From an uncultured Candidatus Saccharibacteria bacterium (GTDB lineage: Bacteria > Patescibacteriota > Saccharimonadia > Saccharimonadales > UBA10212), in the NCBI GenBank assembly GCA_964460855.1, contig CAYWQH010000009.1, positions 1,351 through 65,350 on the forward strand: DNA of 64,000 nucleotides, written 5' to 3'. Every line of letters starts with the position of its first letter. Position 1 is the first letter of the stretch. Positions 55,950 to 62,413 of this stretch are shown piece after piece. The position numbers and the translations under genes were made by a program. Below the pieces are notes generated by a model. That model made no database searches. It had not been told where the DNA came from and saw only the letters and a list, made by a program, of their open reading frames with translations.

Positions 55950-56825
55950 ATGCCCGAACTGCCCGAGGTAGAAACGGTTAAGCGCGGCCTGAGCAAGCTG
56001 TTGCCGGGTTTAGCTATTGCCGACGTCCACCACGACTGGGCCAAGTCTTTTCCTAACGCGCCTCATGATGTGATGCGGTTTATGATTAAGGCCAAAGTTT
56101 TAAGCGTACGGCGGCGGGCCAAAGTATTAATTATCGATTTAAGTACCAAACACAGTTTAATTATCCACCTTAAAATGACCGGCCAGCTGGTGTTTGTGGG
56201 CCAGGAGCGGTTCGGCGCCGGCCATCCCAGCGATTCTTTGGTAAATAAACTGCCTGATAAATCTACCCGCGTCACCATCGATTTTAAAGACGGCAGCAAG
56301 CTGTTTTTTAACGACCAGCGTAAGTTCGGCTGGATGCGTTTGATACCGACTATCGAAATACCGGAAATCGACTTTTTCAAAAAAGTCGGCCCCGAGCCGC
56401 TAGACGATAACTTTAGCGTTACGGCTTTTTCAAAGCAGTTAATGCGACGCCAAAACAGCGGTATTAAAGCGGTGCTTTTAGACCAGACAGTGATAGCCGG
56501 CGTCGGCAATATTTATGCCGATGAATCGCTGTGGATGGCCAAAATCCATCCTGAAACACTCGTAAAAAACATTCCTAAAAGTAAAATCGTGGCTTTGTTT
56601 AGCGACCTTCGAGAAGTATTACTACTTAGTATTAAAAAAGGCGGCAGCTCCGACCGTAATTACGTAAATGCCGAGGGCAAAAAGGGCAGCTATATAAGTT
56701 TCGCCAAAGTATTCCGGCGTGAAGGCCAGCCTTGCCAGCGCTGCGGCAACACAATAATAAAGACACGCGTCGCCGGCAGAGGCACCCATCTTTGCCCAAT
56801 TTGCCAAAAACTCAAGAAACCTTGA
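55950..56825 (+). CDS. mutM: formamidopyrimidine-DNA glycosylase
   Basis: N-terminal 'MPELPEVETV' and a C-terminal zinc finger 'CQRCGNTI...CPICQ'. Confidence 0.92.
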   Translation: MPELPEVETVKRGLSKLLPGLAIADVHHDWAKSFPNAPHDVMRFMIKAKVLSVRRRAKVLIIDLSTKHSLIIHLKMTGQLVFVGQERFGAGHPSDSLVNKLPDKSTRVTIDFKDGSKLFFNDQRKFGWMRLIPTIEIPEIDFFKKVGPEPLDDNFSVTAFSKQLMRRQNSGIKAVLLDQTVIAGVGNIYADESLWMAKIHPETLVKNIPKSKIVALFSDLREVLLLSIKKGGSSDRNYVNAEGKKGSYISFAKVFRREGQPCQRCGNTIIKTRVAGRGTHLCPICQKLKKP

Positions 56826-56868
56826 GCAATTTACATTTAACACTTATCAATCCACAATTTATTTAACA

Positions 56869-57231
56869 ATGAACATTTCTCAAGTGCGAGCTATGGAACT
56901 TGAAGAGCGTATGTCGGATTTTGCTCTTTCATGTATTAATTTATCCAGAGAATATTCAACAAACATGGAAAATAAAATAATACTAAATCAATTAGTAAGG
57001 TCATCTGCATCAATAGGTGCAAATTATGCAGAAGCAAATAATGCCGGGTCTCGAGCTGATTTTAGAAATAAATTGTATTTAAGTAAAAAAGAAGCATCTG
57101 AAACAAGGTATTGGTTAAAATTATTAGGCAGGGCGAATATAAGTATCAGCACTATTAAATTAGTTGATGAATGCACTGAATTAATACTAATCTTACAAAA
57201 ATCAATTAACACTTTGAAAAATGCTAAATGA
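56869..57231 (+). CDS. four-helix-bundle protein (23S rRNA intervening-sequence protein family)
   Basis: 'QLVRSSASIGANYAEANNAGSRADFRNKLYLSKKEASETRYWLKLL' is the family signature. The gene is very AT-rich. Confidence 0.8.
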   Translation: MNISQVRAMELEERMSDFALSCINLSREYSTNMENKIILNQLVRSSASIGANYAEANNAGSRADFRNKLYLSKKEASETRYWLKLLGRANISISTIKLVDECTELILILQKSINTLKNAK

Positions 57232-57266
57232 TAAATAAATGATTAATGACAAATGGTAAATGACCA

Positions 57267-58187
57267 GTGGTAACGACATTAACGGGAAATAATGCTTTTG
57301 GGCTGCGCGCCGAACTGAATAAGCTAATTTCTGGATTTACAGATCAGTTTGGCGACTTGGCATTGGAAAAATTCGACGGCGATGAGGCTTCGGTGGAACA
57401 AATATTTGATGCCGTGCAAGCCTTACCGTTTTTATCGCCAAAGAAAATGGTGGTGGTACGCAACGTTAGCTCACTGCCGGAGGCAAATGAAAAAATCGGC
57501 GAGTTGGTTGCTTTGGCCGGCGAAACGGACCTGGTGCTTTACGAGCCCAAACTGGATAAGCGCACCAGCCTATATAAAACCCTAAAAACCAAATCCGATT
57601 TTAAAGAATTAAACGAACTGGAGGGCGGGCAGCTTTCGAGATGGCTGGTGGATGAGGCTAAAAAAGAGGGGGCAGAGCTTTCATTTTCCGATGCCTCTTA
57701 CTTAATAAGCCGGGGCGGCCATAACCAGATGATGCTATCGCAAGAAATTGCCAAGCTGGCGCTGTATGAGCCTAAAATCACCCGGCAAAATATCGACCTG
57801 TTGGTAGAGCCGGTTCCGCAGAGCCGGATTTTTGACCTGCTGGACGCGGCTTTTGCCGGGCAAGCACTCAGGGCATTGGAATTATACGAAGACCAGCGCG
57901 CCCAAAAAGCTGAGCCCCAGCAAATACTGGCCATGATAACCTGGCAGCTGGGCGTACTGGCAACGGTAATCGCCGCCGGCAACCGGCCGGCCGACGAAAT
58001 TGCCCGGCAGGCCCGGATCAGCCCGTACTCGGTGCGTAAATGCATGGATTTAAAACGAAAGATTACTTTAACAAAATTAAAACAACTGGTGGCCGATTTG
58101 CTGGAAATTGATATTAAATCTAAAACGTCGTCATACAGTTTAGATGACGGCCTGCGGCATTTTATTATCTCGATAAACCAGGCTTAA
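57267..58187 (+). CDS. holA: DNA polymerase III subunit delta
   Basis: 306 aa with a GTG start, 'LPFLSPKKMVVVRN', and a HolA-like three-domain length and pattern. Confidence 0.75.
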   Translation: MVTTLTGNNAFGLRAELNKLISGFTDQFGDLALEKFDGDEASVEQIFDAVQALPFLSPKKMVVVRNVSSLPEANEKIGELVALAGETDLVLYEPKLDKRTSLYKTLKTKSDFKELNELEGGQLSRWLVDEAKKEGAELSFSDASYLISRGGHNQMMLSQEIAKLALYEPKITRQNIDLLVEPVPQSRIFDLLDAAFAGQALRALELYEDQRAQKAEPQQILAMITWQLGVLATVIAAGNRPADEIARQARISPYSVRKCMDLKRKITLTKLKQLVADLLEIDIKSKTSSYSLDDGLRHFIISINQA

Positions 58188-58190
58188 AAT

Positions 58191-58243
58191 GACGAACGCC
58201 CCGCGCCGGATCTGGGTAGATCCAGGCGCGGGGCGGTTCGTTC
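58191..58243. terminator. long GC-rich compound hairpin
   Basis: GACGAACGCCCCGCGCC-GGATCTgggtAGATCC-aGGCGCGGGGCGgTTCGTtC. Its core is related to the 49.5/50.1 kb repeats. Confidence 0.55.
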
Positions 58244-58254
58244 CGAGTGCGCCG

Positions 58255-58527
58255 TCAGTCGACAGGCAGCTCCTTGAGCTTGACGCCCACGCAGGACAGC
58301 GAGGTGGCGAAGCCGACGCCGGCGACGATGGACAGACCGAGAGCGTCGGCCCAGTACAGGTGCCTTACCGAGATCGGGGTGTGCCACGGGCCGATGACCA
58401 GCCACGTCATAAACGCGGCCGTGACGCCGGCGGCGGCCAGGAACACGTAGAACGCGCCCTCGTCGAAGCAGATGCAAACGAGGAGAGCCGACACGATGAT
58501 CAGCGCCGACACGATGAAGAACAACAC
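58255..58527 (-). CDS. 90-aa three-TM membrane protein, GC-rich cassette
   Basis: GTG start 6 nt after AGGAGG, with TATAAT at 58567-58562 (minus strand). The frame is GC3-biased and hydrophobic. Confidence 0.55.
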   Translation of the reverse strand: MLFFIVSALIIVSALLVCICFDEGAFYVFLAAAGVTAAFMTWLVIGPWHTPISVRHLYWADALGLSIVAGVGFATSLSCVGVKLKELPVD

Positions 58528-58597
58528 GTACTTCCTCCTAGCTCGGGAACGGAACTGGAATATTATACAATAATAAGATTAAAACGTAAAGTTAAAG

Positions 58598-58996
58598 CTA
58601 TTTCTTAGCGGCGGGTTTTTTAGCGGCTGGCTTCTTGGCGGCAGCTTTTTTTGGCGCGGCTTTTTTAGCAACCGGCTTTTTAGCCGCGGTTTTCTTAACG
58701 GGGGCGGCTTTTTTAGCGGCAGCGGTTGGTTTAACACCGTGGGCTTTGGCCTTTGCGGCCACTTGGGCTTTTTTGCGGGCAGCCTTGTTTTTATGGATAA
58801 CGTCTTTTTTAGCGGCTGTATCAATGGCGCTGATAGCTTCTTTTTCGGTCTTGGCGATGTCGGCGCTTTTGCCGGCGGCCAAAGCTTTGTTAAAAGCCTT
58901 TAAAGCCTCGCGCAAGTTGCGGCGGGTGCGGGCGTTGCGGACAGTGGCTTTGCGGGCGACTTTAACGCGCTTTTTAGCAGATTTGATAATTGGCAT
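58598..58996 (-). CDS. rpsT: 30S ribosomal protein S20 with Lys/Ala/Pro-rich C-terminal extension
   Basis: 'MPIIKSAKKRVKVARKATVRNARTRRNLREALK' followed by about 45 aa of AKKPAAKK repeats. Confidence 0.88.
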   Translation of the reverse strand: MPIIKSAKKRVKVARKATVRNARTRRNLREALKAFNKALAAGKSADIAKTEKEAISAIDTAAKKDVIHKNKAARKKAQVAAKAKAHGVKPTAAAKKAAPVKKTAAKKPVAKKAAPKKAAAKKPAAKKPAAKK

Positions 58997-59279
58997 TAAA
59001 TAAAAATTTCCTGATTAACTTCCGAATTTAGTCAAAACATAACTATACAGAGGTAGGCGCTGTTTGTAAAGAGAGAGGGTAATTTACAATTCACAGCTTT
59101 CAAATCACAACAAGCTTTCAGCTTTCAACGTTCAGCTGAGAATTGAATGCTGCTAATTTGAATGTTTGTTGATCATTGAAAGTTGCGCGCTGAAAGCTTA
59201 ACCATGCTTGTGCTTACTTCTTATATATGTTACATTCAACCTATCTGTTCCCAAGAAACCAAAACTATAAAATATATAT

Positions 59280-61058
59280 ATGGATCCGACCGCCAAACAA
59301 CAAATTGTTGAGCGCCTCAAACAGGCTAATAATGTGCTGGTTACGGTTAGCAACAACCCCAGCGTCGACCAGCTTGCAGCCTGCATTGGCTTTACGCTGC
59401 TGCTCAATAAAATGAATAAGCACGGTACAGCGGTGTTTAGCGGCCAGATACCCAGCACCCTGGAATTTTTACAGCCCGATAAAACCATCGAGCAAAATAC
59501 CGACAGCCTGCGAGATTTTATAATCAGCCTCGACAAAAGCAAAGCCGACAAACTGCGCTATAAGGTCGAAGACCAGGTCGTGCGGATATTTATTACTCCT
59601 TACCGCACCAGCTTATCGGAGGCCGATTTAGTCTTTAGCCAGGGCGACTTTAACGTTGAAGTCGTTATTGGGCTTGGCGTGAAAGAACGCGACCAGCTGG
59701 ACGCGGCCATTACGGCCCACGGCCGGATACTGCACGACGCAACCGTTATATCGGTAAATTCCGGCGAAGGCCAGCCCGCCAACCTCGGTTCGCTTAACTG
59801 GCAAGACCCCCAGTCCAGTAGCCTATGCGAAATGCTGGTAAGCATGAGCGAAGCATTTGGCAGCGGCTTGATAGACAACCAGATGGCTACCGCTTTCTTA
59901 ACAGGCATTGTGGCCGAAACCGAACGCTTCAGTAACAAAAAGACCAGCCCCAAAGTTATGACCATGAGCGCCCAGCTAATGGCTGCCGGCGCTAACCAGC
60001 AATTAATTGCTAATAAACTGGCCGATCCGGTAGCCGCCGCGCCTCCGCTGTCTGGCGGAGCAGCCACTTCGCCGGGAGAAACGCTTGGCGGCCAACAGGC
60101 TAAGCCTGCCGCAGACGGCGGCCTTAACATTGCCCATAACGAAAAAGCCGAAGTGCCAAACCCCGACGCAATCCACATCGACGAACACGGCAATATGAAT
60201 AAACACGATCTCCAGAAGCAACAAGAAGAAGCTGCCCAAAAAGAAGACAACGGGCTGATTGACCCTTTGATAAACCACGATGAAAATGCTCCCGGGCGGC
60301 AGTCGCTAGACCCGGCCGGCCAACCTTCTAGGGGAGGCACGCTAAGCGCCAATACCACACCGGAAGAATACGGCGGCACCAGCGACCCGATGAGCCAGCC
60401 AACCAAAAACGGACCGATGCTCAAGCGGGATTCCGAAAAACGGCCGCCGGCCCCCGATATGCCCATTGCCGATTTAATCGAACCGCAGATTCAGCAGTCG
60501 CCGGACCCACCTCCGCCTAAGGCGGAAATGGCCGAGCCCAAAAAGGAGCCAGCCGCCGCACCCCCTCCTCCGGAAAATACGCCGCCGCCATTAGCTGTGC
60601 CAGATCCGCCTAAGGTAGAGCCTAAAGCCGAAGCTCCGGCTCCGCCGCCGCCGGCCCCCGACCACCATGCCGCCGGCACTATGCTGGTTCCGCCGGAATT
60701 AAGCGAAATCGCCAAAGAAGTAGAAGCCGCCGACGAAAAAGGCGCTTTCGACCCGCTAGCCAACCCCGAAAAGAATGAAACCGATTCGGCCCGCAGCAAA
60801 GTTAACTCGGCGATAAATTCAGTGCCATTTGACCCGGCAGGGCATCCTACTTTATCCCATGGAAGTGCCGGCTTAGACCATGGCACGGCCCATCAGATCA
60901 CACCACCTCCGGATCATGGACTGGCTGTATCTGCCGAAGCGCCGGCCCCGGCCGACAAGCCACCGGCTGATAGCCCGGCGCCCCCACCGGTACCGCCGCC
61001 TTTGCCAATAGATAATTTACCCGGCCTAAATTTGCCGCCGCCCCAACCGCCTAAATAA
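59280..61058 (+). CDS. DHH/DHHA1-like (NrnA-like, apparently degenerate) domain protein with long Pro-rich C-terminal region
   Basis: The N-terminal roughly 250 aa have NrnA-like spacing ('VLVTVSNNPSVDQLAACIG', 'FLTGIVAETERF') but lack the DHH residues. The C-terminal roughly 340 aa are P/A/E-rich. Confidence 0.4.
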   Translation: MDPTAKQQIVERLKQANNVLVTVSNNPSVDQLAACIGFTLLLNKMNKHGTAVFSGQIPSTLEFLQPDKTIEQNTDSLRDFIISLDKSKADKLRYKVEDQVVRIFITPYRTSLSEADLVFSQGDFNVEVVIGLGVKERDQLDAAITAHGRILHDATVISVNSGEGQPANLGSLNWQDPQSSSLCEMLVSMSEAFGSGLIDNQMATAFLTGIVAETERFSNKKTSPKVMTMSAQLMAAGANQQLIANKLADPVAAAPPLSGGAATSPGETLGGQQAKPAADGGLNIAHNEKAEVPNPDAIHIDEHGNMNKHDLQKQQEEAAQKEDNGLIDPLINHDENAPGRQSLDPAGQPSRGGTLSANTTPEEYGGTSDPMSQPTKNGPMLKRDSEKRPPAPDMPIADLIEPQIQQSPDPPPPKAEMAEPKKEPAAAPPPPENTPPPLAVPDPPKVEPKAEAPAPPPPAPDHHAAGTMLVPPELSEIAKEVEAADEKGAFDPLANPEKNETDSARSKVNSAINSVPFDPAGHPTLSHGSAGLDHGTAHQITPPPDHGLAVSAEAPAPADKPPADSPAPPPVPPPLPIDNLPGLNLPPPQPPK

Positions 61059-61109
61059 ATTCAAATAAATAAACCGCTCGAGTAACCAAGCGGTTAATTT
61101 ATATAGTTT

Positions 61110-62408
61110 TTACTGCTTTGGAGGCTGGTTTGGGTTTATAACGTTATTTGGCGGTTCGGGGTTGTTATTTTCGGTTCCCTGGGGCGATATAACCTGGCCG
61201 GCGCTGGGATTTTGCGGGCCGCTTAGTTGTTGCAGCGTGCCGTCCGGTTTGGCGGGCGGGGGAGTGGAGCTGGAAATGTCATGGTGGCCGGCAAATTGGT
61301 GCCTGGAACTAAGTTGGCGGAAAACCAGCCAGCCCAGTACTGCCAGCAGTAAAATTCCGGCACCGGCTGCTACCGGCACTACTGGTACGGATTTAAAGGT
61401 GCTGGAAGACTCGGGCGTGGTTGCGGCTTTAGCCGGAGCAGCGGCTGGCGGCGTAGTAAACGTAGCTTCTTTGCTGGTAGCGGCATTGCCAGCAGCGTCG
61501 GCACTTTTTACCTGGTAATAAAACATTGTTCCGGGCTGCAATAAACCCTTGCTAGTTATATCTACTTTATGCGAGGTAGCCAGCCCGTTAACCGTAATGG
61601 CTTCATATTTGCTGCTGGACAAACCAACAAGTGCCGTAGAAGTTGCCGGTTCTGAAGTTGTCCAGGTTATAGTCGCGCTGCTAGCGGTAATATTGCTGAC
61701 GTTAACTTTTGTAATAACCGGCGGTGTTTTATCCGGGGCGGGCGCAGTGGTTTTAGCCGGGGTGCTGGTTTTTTTGGTAGGCGTGGCGCTGCCGCTGGTA
61801 GAGCCAGTGCTGCCCGTACTGCCGGTGCTTCCGGTGCCGCCGGTTCCACCCGTGCCGCCCGTTCCTCCGGTTCCACCGGTACCGCCAGTTGACGGCGCGT
61901 TAATGGTGTAGCTGGCAGTGCCTTTAGTGCTTGGAATTTCGACTGCGGCGGTGTTAAGTACTTTAGAATTGCTGTCTAAGCTCAAATTTGCCGTGCCGGC
62001 AGCGCTAGCCGTAAAGGTAATAGTGGCGACCAGCTGGTTGCCGGTGATGCCGCCGGGAGTTGTAGTGCCAACAGCTACTTTTACGGTCCTAAAACCGCTG
62101 CCAGGCGTGGCGTTGTCGGAATTTTCAGCTTGCACCTGCCAGGCCGAAGCGGTCGTAGAGCTAACATAAGTTAACAGCGTAGACGGGTAAACGACATTGG
62201 CTTGCACGGCATTGGCGTTATCGCCGGTAATATCGGCGTGCACCTGGACCGAAAAATTATTGCCTTTTGTTATCGTCGAGCTGGAGGGCGTAAACGTCAG
62301 GGTGGCCGTGCCGGCGGCCGTGGCCCTCAATGACGGCAAAGTTAACGCAGCAACTAATCCGGCCGCCAATACCAGAACAATTACTTTTCTTAAATGCTTT
62401 TTAATCAT
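61110..62408 (-). CDS. membrane-anchored cohesin domain / FN3 domain protein
   Basis: A signal peptide, a cohesin-like about 140-aa beta domain ('LTFTPSSSTITKGNNFSVQV...ATITFTASAAGTANLSL'), a (GGT)n/(GST)n linker, an FN3-like domain ('PPVITKVNVSNITASSATITWTTSEPATS') and a C-terminal TM helix. Confidence 0.65.
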   Translation of the reverse strand: MIKKHLRKVIVLVLAAGLVAALTLPSLRATAAGTATLTFTPSSSTITKGNNFSVQVHADITGDNANAVQANVVYPSTLLTYVSSTTASAWQVQAENSDNATPGSGFRTVKVAVGTTTPGGITGNQLVATITFTASAAGTANLSLDSNSKVLNTAAVEIPSTKGTASYTINAPSTGGTGGTGGTGGTGGTGGTGSTGSTGSTGSTSGSATPTKKTSTPAKTTAPAPDKTPPVITKVNVSNITASSATITWTTSEPATSTALVGLSSSKYEAITVNGLATSHKVDITSKGLLQPGTMFYYQVKSADAAGNAATSKEATFTTPPAAAPAKAATTPESSSTFKSVPVVPVAAGAGILLLAVLGWLVFRQLSSRHQFAGHHDISSSTPPPAKPDGTLQQLSGPQNPSAGQVISPQGTENNNPEPPNNVINPNQPPKQ

Positions 62409-62413
62409 ATCTG

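Noticed and set aside
6816-58597. Metagenomic assembly chimerism as the explanation for the GC-rich segments.
   Set aside because: The segments are short (0.4-1.6 kb) and occur eight times. They begin and end at promoter or terminator boundaries between intact native genes, and they share leader and terminator modules. Chimeric joins would not produce this. It still needs read-level confirmation.
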